Positions 39,148-52,278 of a DNA stretch of 64,000 nt are shown here, piece by piece (position 1 is the first letter of the stretch; the number at the start of each line of letters is the position of its first letter). Position numbers and translations under genes: made by a program. Source of the stretch: Takakia lepidozioides (lineage: Eukaryota; Plantae; Bryophyta); NCBI GenBank assembly GCA_030704615.1, contig CM060731.1:48546001-48610000 (forward strand), given 5' to 3'. The notes below the pieces were generated by a model. It was not told the origin of the DNA. It did no database searches and was given only the letters and a program-made list of their open reading frames with translations.

Positions 39148-41311
39148 ATGAGTGTGCAGTATAGGCCTGAGCTGGGTACCATCAGTCTGACACCACGGTT
39201 TCCATTAGACAGAGAGAGAGAGTACTTCTATGACACGGCCGCCAACTGCCAGCAATCATCAAGCTTCCAGTCTGTGAAACAAGCATATGTGGAGAAGCAG
39301 AGGCAAAGTCAATCTGGAGTAATGAGGTTGAAAAATCAGAGCTCTCCAATCTCCCCTCTCTCTCCACAAGAGTCATCACCAGTTCTGTCTGAGGCAGCTC
39401 CCAGCTTGCAGGGCTGGAGCCCTATTTCACATCATAGTGAAGTATCATCTCGAAGTGAGGCCTCTTTGGAAAGTCAGTCTCTTCAGGACGAAGCTGACTT
39501 TTACGGGCGGTCCTACAATTGCGGAGAGCAATCACACAAGACCTCCTCTTATCCTAGCCCGTCTTCTGTTCTAAGATCCACTAAGTGTGCAACACCATAC
39601 GACATGACAACTTACGATGCAGGGATAAGGCATGCCGCAGAAGAACACTATGCACAGGCACGGAGTGATTACGGGACCTCACAAATGTCTAGTGATGTGG
39701 TGCACATGTTGCAAATTCTGGAGACTGCATTATTGGGACCGGATGATGATGACACTGATCTGGCAGCACCTGTGTATCAGGGAAGTGATCCCCCACCTGA
39801 CGGAAGTTGGACAATGGAGGAACTGCTTGTTGGCACTTCTCCTCTTGACTGTCAATTGGAGATTCCAGGAAGCTCTGGTGCTGTTCACACTTCATATTCC
39901 CGGCAGTATCAGAATGCTAGTAATCTAGTTTATGAAGAAGCGATCACTGAAAGGGTGAGTCTCGGACTGTCTTGGTAGAGAGCCTTTAAATCGCTTGTAC
40001 CAGTAATTCTTTTGACGTGGTTTTGTTGTTCAAGACTCTTAGACTTGTATACCTTCTTAGGGACTCCCATGTGGTAGCTTAAGTTAAGGGGAGGAAGGAA
40101 ACATTTCCTCGTTGCAGCTATGTTAAACCTCGCGTTGCATGCTCCAGGTGACAGAGGCACAGCCAGTGAGAACACTCGTGGAGACTAGGAGTCGGCCAGA
40201 GCAATTGTTGGTGGCTTGTGCTGAAGCTGTGGCAAACAATGACGTGGCACTAGCACATGTGGTTATTGCACAGCTGAACCAGGTGGTGTCCATCTATGGG
40301 GACCCAATGCAGCGACTTGCTGCCTACATGGTAGAAGGACTTGTTGCCCGCATGGCTTCCACAGGAAGAGGCCTTTACAAAGCACTCAAGTGCAAGGAGC
40401 CACAGTCCAAGGACCTACTCTCGGCTATGCAAATCATGTATGAGGTCTGTCCCTACTTCAAGTTTGCATATATGTCAGCCAATGGTGCCATAGCAGAGGC
40501 CTTCCAAGACGAGGAGAGTGTTCACATCATTGACTTTGAGATTGCCCAGGGCAGCCAGTGGACCACCCTCATCCAAGCTTTGGCTGCCCGACCAGGTGGC
40601 CCCCCACGGTTGCGCATTACAGGGGTGGATGACCCACTGTCAGAGACCTTACCCACAGGTGGGCTCGAGGTACTGGGTGAGCGGCTGGGAAAGCTTGCAG
40701 AATCTGTGGGGGTGCCTTTTGTGTTTCATGCAGTGGCAAAGAAAGGGACAGAGGTGGAAGGGTGGATGTTGGAACGGCACGCCGGGGAAGCTCTTGCGGT
40801 GAATTTTGCACTTCAGCTACATCACATGCCTGATGAGAGTGTGTGTACGACAAATCCCCGCGATCGCCTCTTACAACTGGTGAAGAGCCTCGGGCCTAAA
40901 GTGGTCACACTAGTTGAGCAGGAAGCCAACACCAATACCGCCCCATTTTTGCCACGCTTCATGGAAGCCTTGAGTTACTATTCAGCAGTCTTTGAGTCTC
41001 TGGACATTGCTTTGGCCCGAGAAAACCAGGATCGTGTGAAGGTGGAGCAACAATGTCTGGCCCGTGACATTGTCAACGTAATTGCTTGCGAAGGTGCCGA
41101 GCGAGTGGAGAGACACGAAATGACGGGCAAATGGCGGGCACGGATGACCATGGCGGGCTTTCGTCCTTACCCACTAAGTGCTTCAGTGAATGGTACAATC
41201 AAGACTTTGCTCGAGTCTTACAGCGAGAAGTACAGACTCGAAGAGGAAGGTGGAGCACTGTTCCTGGGCTGGTTGAATCGGGCCCTTGTTGTCGCATCTG
41301 CATGGCACTAG
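39148..41311 (+). CDS. GRAS transcription regulator, PAT1/SCL1 branch; join(39148-39954, 40148-41311), 656 aa
   Basis: GDPMQRLAAYMVEGL, YEVCPYFKF, VHIIDFEIAQGSQW, LHHMPDESVCTTNPRD, RVERHE..GKW, VASAW; phase-0 GT-AG intron; probable 5'UTR intron ~37586-38989. Confidence 0.95.
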
Positions 41312-43744
41312 TTTTCTCATAGTGCGCACTCACTGTACATATAAGGTTTGCCTGGGTATTCTAACTTAGAGAACTGAATTTCCTCATTCGCCAAGACGAT
41401 GTAGATTCTATCATAACTGCCGTAATAACCTAGGTAGTTTTGGCAGTGGCCGGGACGTCCATTATTGTGGCAACAACAACTTACTCTGTTTCTGCAGTTA
41501 CTTTTCTCTTTGGCTGGCATCCAGGGTTTCAGCAAATCCCACTAGCAACAAGTTGGGCAGTTTTAATCAATTTTACCACTAACTTCACCTTGCCCGCCGA
41601 AACACTGTATCTAAAATGAGATGAATTTCACTTTTGTATCAAGCTTTGAAAATCTCGTTCACAGTCTGGTCATTGGTCATTGGTCTTCCGTCTCTTCTCT
41701 TTGAGTCAGTGTGTGGAAGCCTGTCATTGAGCCCTGGAAAGTAAGTATCTGCAGGTTCTCACAATTGCATCCTCAACCTTGCCCCAAATGTGTTCTTAGT
41801 TTTGGTGAATCAACAGAGGAGGCTTGTGATCTGCTTTTGCTCTGGCCGCCTTGTGTACCTGCCTATGGAGCATTGACTAGATCACTTCCCTTGATACTAG
41901 AGGAAGCTTTTACTGTGAGGTATTGCACAAAAAGGGGAACCCTTACATGTCGCCCTCTGCCTGCTGTCTTCTTGCCCCCAACTGTGTTCAAGAAATATGA
42001 TTAGTTCATCTGGAGAAACAACGGTTTTGCAAAGGAAACCAAATTTTCCGACAGTTCGATTCCCTCTAACTCCTGCAATCACTCATGCTACTCGTTTCGA
42101 AAATACTGTGCCCTATGGACGGGGAAGATGTTCCTATGCTTGCCTCGGTAGGATCTTTCATGGACGCATTGTTATAAAGCAGCCTTCAGCTTTCAAGGCT
42201 CCATATTATCTCACAGTACAACTTGGGTTAGGCTTGATTAGTTCAGACGACTAAGCCAATTCAAATCAAGTCTTAGCGTGTGATTATACACAAGCTCCAG
42301 ATTTCAGTGTTTTTGAGTTATTTGTAATCCCTCACTGCTCCCAGTAGTCCTTCGAAGAAGTGGAAGCGCATCTTTGGAGTACGAACAGCTAAGATCGAAA
42401 AATCCAAAATTCCTCGTTCTGATAGCAGTGTCAGAACGTCAGAACCTGATATATCAACTTCCCCCACCCCCCTATTCACACATAATCCCTTGCAAAATGA
42501 TCTCAATTTGACTTTTCCACACTCTTCTCTCAAGTTTGCTAGATACAGGTTCCAATTGTCATCAACATTAATTAAACGACGGTCGTATGGATCAAACTTC
42601 CATTACCCCTTCTGTGCAAATTTTTTGATTTGAGATTATCTGAAAGCTGATTATCCAAAGACAGAGCTCGGACCCACCTGCCCACATCCTGTAGAAGCTG
42701 AGCAGTTGCTTAGCATGTTCTTCAAGATTGTGGATGGCCCACCGTAGTCGTGGCACGCGTTTTACGCATCTCCATAGCCTCCTCCAACAGTTGAGAAGAA
42801 GAAAGAAGAAGCAGCAGAAAGCATGACTTGAACGATTGCCGGTTGGAAAAGTGGAATCCTCCCTAATGTTCTGGAAACACATCGTGTCAGAACTTTCGCA
42901 GCACTCACGTCTGCCGCGAGTGTAAGAGAAGTCAAATAGTACATGCCACGTACATATCTTGCTGTTGTTGGGTTGGCAATCATAGGACCCTCGAGGTGAT
43001 GCCTACAGGATCCGAGGAAAAATTATAAAAATTTAACGTGTTTCTACTCATCGCTGATCTAACTTAAGAAGATAAAACAGAGGTCAAACAATCTGAATAT
43101 GCGAGGAGATTTGGAGATACGGTTATATGCGAGTTCATTTCTTACGAATATCTGGATATAGATGAGTATATCCCAAGTCTGCAGGACATAAGGGCAGCTG
43201 GAATGTGCTGTTAGAAGTAAAGACTTGAGGGCAAGATGAGCGACTGCCACCCACAACTGTAGAGCGGCAGCTTCTGGACACTGGGATGCTCCGAGATGCA
43301 GGGTTCTAGAGACACACGGCTGGGCCGCCACCTTCCGTGGTGGGCCCACATCTGCTATTTTCTAATCTCGCGTCCTTGTTTTTAAAGCCTCTCTCCCATT
43401 GTCATTCCAATGTCGAAGTGTAAGCAGCCATCTTCCGCTGTGAAGTCTCGAGAGTGTTGAACAAGCTGTGTGAGCCTGTTAGTTTTTGCACGTCTGTGGC
43501 TATCTTGTAGTTAGGCAAGTGAGGTGATCTGCGGTAAGACTAGTGGTCTGATAATCCACCAAGATTGGGGCTTGCTGATTTGCTTGAAGACGGTGATATT
43601 CTACGAACCGGTTTACAGCGTAGGTGGATACCAGGTGATCGGGATTGACGTTGCTAGCTGTTTTGAGGGTTATTCGGCAGGGTTGAAGAATCTACAGATA
43701 CAGATACAGGGGAGCCTGTTAGAGGCATCAACCGGCAGCCTGCA

Positions 43745-44437
43745 ATGGAAAGAATGCCAGCCATGGGAACATGGATAGAGGTTGCCCCTTCTCCGATCAT
43801 CACGGTGGAGAAGCGCTCTCCCAGATCAAGCACCCTGGACACCATCTTAGAAGACAGCATAAGCTTTGCAGGGAGTCTTGTCTCTGGGGCTGCAGAATAT
43901 GCTCTGAGACCGCTGAGCAAAACCTGGTTCGAAAGTGCCCCAGGTCCTCGAGTCCTGGATTTCGAGAAGCATTCTCCGAAGTCAAGCACGCTGGACACCA
44001 TACTAGAGGAGAGCATAAGCATGGCAGGGAGTATTGTCTCAGGAGCTGCAGACGCCCTGAGACCACTTCGCCAGAGCTGGTTCGAGGTTGCCCCAGGACC
44101 TCGGATCAACGATTACGAAAACCCTTCTCCCAAGTCGAGTACGCTGGACACTATATTAGGAGGGAGTATGAGCATGGCGGGCAATCTTGTCTCTGGTGCT
44201 GCAAATGTCCTCAGACCGCTGAGCCGGTACTGGTTCGAAACTGCACCTGCACAGATCATCACTGTCGAAAAGCGCTCGTCTAAGCAAAGTACCCTGGACA
44301 CCATACTCGAAGACAGCATGAACATTGCCGGGCAGTTTGTCTCGGAGGCTGCCGACGCCTTCAGTTGGGGAGGTATTACAAAACAGTTCTGTATAAACAG
44401 AGACGCACTTCAGGACAATACCGGTCATGATGAATAG
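43745..44437 (+). CDS. 230-aa protein made of four 52-53 aa repeats (WxExAP...SPKSSTLDTILEE)
   Basis: Intact ATG-to-stop ORF; the repeats diverge at DNA level while keeping frame and motif. Confidence 0.75.
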   Translation: MERMPAMGTWIEVAPSPIITVEKRSPRSSTLDTILEDSISFAGSLVSGAAEYALRPLSKTWFESAPGPRVLDFEKHSPKSSTLDTILEESISMAGSIVSGAADALRPLRQSWFEVAPGPRINDYENPSPKSSTLDTILGGSMSMAGNLVSGAANVLRPLSRYWFETAPAQIITVEKRSSKQSTLDTILEDSMNIAGQFVSEAADAFSWGGITKQFCINRDALQDNTGHDE

Positions 44438-46144
44438 ATGCTCAGTCTAGAACTTTTGTCTGGACGTTGGATGGGCATCGATTTGGTATTGGACTTCAGT
44501 CCTCTGGGCTAGACAGGGCGCTGTAGTATGCCGAGGACTGGGCAACAATCTCCTGTCCGTGAGAGAGCAAGTCCAGCGTCTGATGCTCGCACAACCAGAT
44601 CGATCAGCCATCTGCAAGCCACTGGGGCGTGGTTGCCATCATCTCTATAGGAAGCAAATCTAGAGATTATCTAGACATATCTGAAGCTGTGTTTCGCAAA
44701 GTTGCCCACATAAAATTCTCGCGCCGTAGTTTGCAGACCTTCCAAGGACGAACTGTAAATTTCACTACAGGCGATAATTTGTTTTTAGGTATACAGGAGA
44801 ACACGATGTATACAACTTGTGGGGGGGTGAAACATTACTCTCTTCTCCACAGCAAAGATGATCTCCAAGTGTGGCATTTCTAGCCCAAGTTTCTCTTACC
44901 TGAAAGTTGATCTGTTGTTTATAACATGATAATTTTGAAAAGCAGAATGGGGGCTCAACCCACAACAAATGATACCATGGATCTAACATTTGGAGCTCTG
45001 TTTTGTGGAGATTCATATGTGCATAATAAGCCTTCATTAAACCTCCATCCCATCATGGATGTGAGCTCTAGCAACGTGTTCGAGGTACTATGGCCATGCA
45101 ATCTGTTACTACATTCTAGTCCTTGCCTATAGAGCCCAGCTCAGATAGGGGCAGTAGCTGCAAGGTGAAGTGGCTGACGACAAGATTTGGAAGGAGTCTT
45201 GTTTAGTCCCCGCACTTAGGGGCAGTAGGTAGCCGTGCAATGTATCTTTAAGTACTTACTTCAAGCTTTGGATACTCCAGCTTTGGAAGGAGTCTTAGTT
45301 CTGGCAACATACCTACATTTCTTATTTTTAAGGGAAGGAAGGCAGATAGTCTGAGCCACCAAATTTCTGCCCTCAATAAATAAATAAATGCGTGGAATAC
45401 ATGTAAGCCCTGCCCTATTGTAAATACGAATTGGTTATAAGATGATTAATATAATCTGAAAGGTTGCTAGTGCTTACACCTTCCTAGAATAATCCCTGAT
45501 TTGGATCTGCCAGTTTTTTGCAACTAGTATCATTTGTGTTACTTGACAGTCATTTGTCTATTGACATTATGAACTACATCTCATTTCAATATTTCATCCA
45601 TATTTATAGATGAAATATTCCATCTACACCTCCTTGAACTAATTCGTTTGCCAAGCAAGAGTATCCTTACAATGTTTGAGAAGTAGTCATGGGGCTGGCA
45701 AATATGTACCCCAAGTCGTTCAAAAAATCAAATCAACCAACAGGGTGGAAGTGGCTGTCCCAAGGAGGGTGGCTATTGCATGCGGGCCCACACGGCTATT
45801 ACATGCCTTGTGAAAGTGGCAATTGCATGTGGGCCCATTTGGCGGCTGCATACAAGCTCTACCGAATCTTCTAGAATGTGGTGACTCTTGCAGGGTGTGA
45901 GGGTGAGGGAGTTGGAGGCGGTTAGCAAAGAGAGTTAAAGAGAGGCACAGCCAAGAGAGAGTGCAAGAGAAAATGTACTCATTGTTTGCCGTAGCCTTGT
46001 GGCCATTGACTCCGTGCCCAGCTTAAGCGGAACACAAAGGGACAAACCCAGCTTTATCAGGGGACTGACACCGATTGTCAGTAGTGCAAGAGCTTACCCA
46101 ACAGTGTTGCAATGAAGAGGAGGGTGTCAGGGGTTTACAACAAC

Positions 46145-46145
<1 letters not shown>

Positions 46146-46177
<32 letters not shown>

Positions 46178-46187
46178 AGAGAGAGAG
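46146..46187 (+). repeat. Compound (TA)n(TG)n(AG)n microsatellite
   Basis: Read directly from the sequence. Confidence 0.9.
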
Positions 46188-46737
46188 AAGACTCCGGCCG
46201 AAGCCGGCGTAACTAAGAGCCACTTCGACCCTTTTCAAGGGTGGGCCCTATTATATATATATACTTATAGAGGGATTTTATGTAACACAGGTAATACTGC
46301 GTTCATTCTCTACATGATTTTTCTACTCTTCCATCCTGCACTTGGGGCACGACTTCGACGTTCCATGTCTATGGATTGATATTTACAGATTTGAGTAGAA
46401 TAGTACCCCTGAATACATTTAAAATATTCCTTAAATGTTCACAAAAAGAAAGGCCCAGGTTAACGAAAGATATGGATGATGTTTGCCAAAAAATGGATGA
46501 CCGCTTTGCCGCATCCACCAATGGATGAAGTTATCATTTTATGAATGAACAATTTCCTCATCCTTCAGCTCTATATATGTATTTGATTTCTCTTTTATGC
46601 CCATACTTCTATTTATAGATGCGTGCACAGAGCCAGGGCCGGGCGAAAATATAACCACATCCAACCAACACTTTAGGCATGTGAACACAAAGAGACCTTG
46701 GCATTTGGGCTTGTCAATAATGGACCATATTAAATGG

Positions 46738-48478
46738 TTTTTTTTTAATTTAAAAAAAAAAAGCTGAAGTGCACCACCTCAGCCGCTGAGTGCTTTTATT
46801 GAAGGACATAAATCGTCTGGGAGTTGCAAAATGGGGGGTAAGGAAAAAATAACCTTGTAGGAGGCCATAGAGGCTGAGAAATGAGTCATTGCTCTAGGAG
46901 TGACCAGTACAAGAAAGGAAGCAGAACTGAAGAACCGAATGAAGACAAAGATCGCATGAAGACAGAGCGTCCAAACAATCTACAAAAGCAGAATGGAGAA
47001 CTCAGAATTATATTCTATGCACTGCCGCGCTTATGTTTAGGCTGGCCGAATTGGGCCTTTGATTTGCCTTTCTTGAAGGATTTTCGGTGGCGCCAATAAA
47101 CCTTTGTTTCTTCGCCGTCAAGAGGAGAATGCTGGATGCTAATCGAGCTTCCTGCATTCTGGGATGATGTCAAACCACTGAATGGTCGAGTCCTGCAGCA
47201 GAGGACCCCCCCCCCCACCACGTACTGTCAAAGCGAGCAAACAGTTGAGTGTGTCTCCGGTCTGAGCACCTTTGTAAAGCTGCAAAAAGCACTACCCACG
47301 CTTTCCTTGCCTCAGATAATAAGTTTGAGTGAACCCTGAACAAGACCTTTTTCAGACAGGGACTAGTTCTTTCAAACATCAGAGAGCATATGTTCTTCCG
47401 AAGGTTCCACAGAGTGAGACCTCTTAAGGATTCCCAAACAGGGCAAGAATGCCAGATAGTCCCTCCTTAAAATTGAGAAGAAGAACTGGAATGGAGAAAT
47501 CAAATCCACTTAGAATAAAGAACTGCAATCAGATGCCAAACACTCATAGTGAAGGGGCATTGAACGGGACAATGTTCAATTGTTTCTTGAGCCTGAGTGG
47601 AGCATACAGAATAAAGAGAAGGGTTCTCAGAAAACATAGCACCAACTGGAATATTCGATTAACAATCTTCCATAGGAAAGCGGAGACCTTGGCTGATCTG
47701 TGTTTTTTCCAAACATCAGCCCAAGGAAGTGGGATGCCCAGGGATGTGAGACCACTTGGCAGACCATTTGCGATCGAATTTATGAGGTGGTCTGAGAAGC
47801 ATGTAACCCAGCTTGACTGAATAAGAGAAAAGGTGATCATGCTTTTTATTCATCCATATCCACTCCCTTGGGTCGAACTGAAGATCTTTCACCGGAGCAA
47901 AGATGAACTAGATCAGGTTCTGCGAGGGAAGTGACAATCCAGAAGGAATAGGATCAAATTTACCCGAAATGGCGCAGGAAACCTTGATAGGATGGAGGGG
48001 AGTAGTATAGGGAGAAGGGTTCGTTTAGGCAAAAATAGAGAACCATCCAGGTTAACATTGAAGCAACAATCTTCAATTTTATCATCTAGTGAGCGCTCAG
48101 CAAAGAAAGGTAAGGCTTTCCCATCATAGAAAAAACATAGGAACACAGGGAAATCACCTGTCACCGCTCCCAACAAAGAGCAATACGATAAGAGGAGAAT
48201 CCCTCTACTGCCTGACTAGTGGAGATGGAGGAACCCGAAACCACATCCCAAATATGAGTTACATGGGAGAGACCAGCAGCTTCCCATGGAGCCCATCTTT
48301 TAAAGCATGGTATAAGCAGCTCTTTATCACGGTTAAAGTTGCCAAATAGTGGCTGTCTTAGCCTCGTCTTAGCACTTCGTCAAAGGACTTAGGGCATAGC
48401 TGCACAAGAAAGGGTCGAATCTGGCACCAAACAGACCAAATGGATTGCCAGGCTTGCCAGCCTGAATTGGGAAGAAAG
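46738..48478 (-). mobile_element. 3' part of a degenerate L1-type LINE
   Basis: zf-RVT-like W..VWK...SAKVSAFLWKIV; AATAAA and an A-rich tail on the minus strand near 46738-46800. Confidence 0.6.
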
Positions 48479-50140
48479 GAACGCCCAAGATCCGGATGCC
48501 GTCAGATGGTGTGAGAAAATAGGCAGGTGGCGAAAAGCCAGATGGTAAACCGGATGGAGACCACACGACACACTTACGAGGTTGAGCAGAGAGCCCCATA
48601 GAGTGCAACTGGGTGATGAAATGATTGTAAGTCGGGAGGACCTCGGATGCCGGACCAACGATGTGGGTGTCATCTGCAACAGAAGGGAATAGACAACAAG
48701 GACATGCTTGTGCAAACGACGTAAGAGCGTGCACATGCGCCATGGCAAAATGAGGACCCCCTAATGGATCGCCTTGACGAGTGCCCACCTCGGACTGTAT
48801 GATACTGTAGTCGCCTATGCAAGAATGGTGACTGTAAAAGAGAGGAGCACCAGATGTATAGAACAGTCTGACAAAAGGGATAAGCTGATGAAAATCAGCT
48901 CCAGCAGAATGGAGCTCTTGAAAGATGGTAGCGCGTGAAACAATGTTGAAGGCGTTGTTGACGACAACTTGACGGACAACCCAGTCAGGATGAAGGTCAA
49001 GTGTGGCGTGGATCCCGTGTACAACATCTTCACAGCCTCCTGGAGTGGCAACGCCGAACTCTTTAGCCCGGGTGTGGCAAGATATCCGGAGGGGTTTGTG
49101 CAGCAAGAGCGTGTGCACGGAGATAGTGCTCTTCTTGCAGACACTCCCAATCAGATAGAAAACGGCAGAGACGGATGCGTGTTTCTCTATGACCAGCATC
49201 ACCACCGCGTGGGGGCAAGACCAAACACTACTGGCAAGAGAAGATGCCAAGCAGGATCGCGGGCCAGACGGTCCAGAGGCATGCGAAGAGCGTGTTGAAC
49301 CTCTTGTCTTAGTGCCAAGGGGATCCGTGTATAGAGGCGAGGCCGAGGCAATCCCAGATGAAAAGCGCCGAGGACATCTAGAGTGGAGAGCCAAACCCAT
49401 GTAGAGGCAGGAGGAGTGGGTAACGCATGTACAGGGATGGATAGAGAAGAACCGTTAGAGTGGGGCTGCCGAAAAGCCGAACAAGTGCGCTGTTGGCGGG
49501 CAAGGCCTCTGATCCGAGCAAATGGTCGTCCACAAGCAGGACAATGAATGCGGTCATCACCTGGAGAAGCTTGATTGGATGTCGATGGCGGCGCTGATGG
49601 AGCAGGTGGAATAACTGGGGGAGATGGCAAATTCATGAACTCTCTGTTGAACACGGGGTGGAGAGCCAGGTAGGGAGGTGAATAGCATTGGGCGTCCATG
49701 CACTTCGGTGGAAGGTCTCTGGAGCACAACGACTTTGGGTTGGTTTGAGTTCAAATGTACCACTGGTGCTGACTGGAGTTGTGTTGTTGTTGTCCGGTCG
49801 CACATGTACTGATCATTGCAGGAGGCCTGAGGGAGGGGGTGGACTGACCGCTCCTCAGGTTGTTTGTGGATATCAGAACTCGGGGGTCATGTGGAAGTGG
49901 TGTTGGTGCAGGTGATGGCGGTGTCGAGGTGAACGCTGGTGTTGGGAGATAGGATCCTGAATTGCTGTGGTGGGGATGCTGTGGACAATGGGGCTGGTGT
50001 TGGAGCATTACGGGGCCTTTGCGCGGGTGTGGGGCCCACCCTGGTTATTGACGCCTCTGCTATGAGGACATTTGCGGATGCGTGGATCCGTTGCTCGGCG
50101 GCTGCCCAATGCCGTGATCGCCATCCAACTCGCAATCTTT
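48479..50140 (-). mobile_element. Second CRE-like element copy, internally deleted
   Basis: CPACGRPFARIRGLARQQRTC, FGVATPGGCE, NAFNIVSR, GTRQGDPLGGP, VADD, GIRILGVPF; collinear with 18163-21295. Confidence 0.85.
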
Positions 50141-50216
50141 AGAACTCGTAATCTTCGCTTTCCACTCACTACTCACCCACCTTCGCTTCCGCGCTCTCCT
50201 CTCTCCTCTCACCTAT

Positions 50217-50435
50217 AAGCCCCCCAAGTTTGGGTGGCCTTGCCTATTAGAGGGTGGTCCAAGATTTAAAAAGCGGGGGTTATAGTAGGCTACACAAGGA
50301 TTTGAATTAATAACCGTCAGGTAAGGGGGTAAAAAAAAAAAAGTAAGAAGGTGACACCTATCAAATAGGGGATGGTTCATGCGCCAAATTGGGGTAAGCA
50401 GGTGCCACTGGTGGTTTGTAGGGGTGACATGTGTC
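50217..50435. repeat. Dispersed ~200 bp repeat, copy 2
   Basis: Matches 4881-5090. Confidence 0.7.
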
Positions 50436-51795
50436 CTATGGCAGCCTTCTAGAGGGGTCCCACCGCTTGAGGGGTCCGCCGGCTTCTAGAAGGGTCCCAT
50501 CGCACTCAGAGGGTATATAAAGGAGAGCCGGGCTGCCTCTTACTACTTACTAAACTAGTACCTAGAGGGCTCTGCACACGCAGGGCCCCAAAAAAACGTG
50601 AACTGCTTTATTTACTTGCAAAAGCAAGCCGTAGAATTGTCGTCACAAAACGTTATGTGAATCCTTTCTATAGCAACGCCATTAATATCTAACCTAAAGT
50701 GTGTGTATACAAGGTCGGATCATACTGAATTGTTGGCATATTTGGGTGTTTTGAATCGTACGTATTTATGATGCTTCGACCACACACTTGGATGACCGGC
50801 TCTAACCGGTCATATGACTGACTATAGTCGGTCCAATACGTATCTCGGAAAAATATATAAGCATAATATGCATCCATTGTACCAAGATACCTTTGTTGAT
50901 GTAGTTATATAGGGAGTCTTATAAAGTTGGATGGAAATGTTATTAGTATGGGTATGTGTTTATGTTATGCTCTCTAACAGTTGGCACTTTGGAGAAACGA
51001 CACATACTTAGCTAGATAGCGCCTCATTTCATGCGGCCTCCATCAGTAGTCGCACCCGCAACAAGAACCATAGCTGTATTAATTAATAGGGACGGTAAGC
51101 TCAATAACACAATTTGCATGGATTACATGCATTTTGTTTTTTCCCCTGGTGTGCATTTGACATGTGGGTGTGGGGTTTGTGGAGCTGTCTCTCTCTACCT
51201 TGGGGCTGGGGCTCTGCCACTGTTTGACTTCATGGTGGGGTTATTTTCCCCCACGAGCTCCAGTTACTGGGCTGGGAAAAACGAAAAGAAAAGCACAAAG
51301 TATAGAATAATCACATGTATAAAATGCACCCTATTGTAATTATGAATAGGTAGTAAAAATCTGGAATATAATGCATGTTTATGCTTTCCTGAACCATCCA
51401 TGACCAGCTTAGTGTGCTTTGAGCATGTCTAGTCTCTGACCCAATAAACTACATCCAAATTACATATTTCATCTATGAATATGGATGAAGTATTCCACGT
51501 ACACCTGTCTTCAACTAATTCATTGCCAACCGAGTCTAATAATGTTATATTTGAAAACCACTTGCATGGTCCTCCCCTTCCCTTCTCAAGGCCAAATGGA
51601 TCTTTAGCCATTAAGTATTTTTAGTGAATTTTCTCATACTGCTTCATCAAGTTTACAGAGAGTGCTGCAGTGCTCGGTATACATGGGGTGCCCCCTTCGG
51701 CTTGGGGTGCCCCATCCGGCTTCATGATCGGCCATGAGGGGTGCCGATTAGGTTTTATAATCACCATGGGGGTAGCCAACCATGTTTCAGGAGCG

Positions 51796-52098
51796 GCATC
51801 AGTTTTTGATCACGAGGAAGAATATTCACCTAAAATCCTTAACTTAATGGAATGGGTGTGCTCCTGACCCATTCTGCAGGGTAAGCAGCCAGGCGAGCCC
51901 ATTCCGTAACCCAGATGTGAACGAAAACATATGATATCAAAGTATCAATTAAGTTTCATGATTAGCATCAGTTTTTGATCCCGTGGAAGAACATTCATTT
52001 ACAATCCTTAAGGTACTGGAATGGGTGTGCTCCTGACGATTCTGCAGGGTAAGCAGCCAGGCGAGCCCATTCCGTAACCCATCAGTGAACAAAAACAT
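51796..52098. repeat. Tandem duplication (period 169 bp) of a hairpin-containing ~135 bp unit
   Basis: Copies at 51796-51930 and 51965-52098; each contains GGAATGGG...CCCATTCC. Confidence 0.9.
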
Positions 52099-52278
52099 GT
52101 AATTCTTAGTGCTGGTCTGAAATAGCATATAACACCAAAGTATCAAGCTGATGCTTCCCCCTTCTTGGAGCCCCTGATAATCCTATGTTTGATATAGTCC
52201 ATCTGTGAGGACACTGTTCCACAAAAGACGTGTCAGTCGGATCTTGCCTCGGTCTGGGCACTAGGGTCTTTGTCTATG

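Noticed and set aside
51796-52098. TPP riboswitch or U3/U14 snoRNA
   Set aside because: Only fragmentary resemblance; the diagnostic motifs are not present in order.
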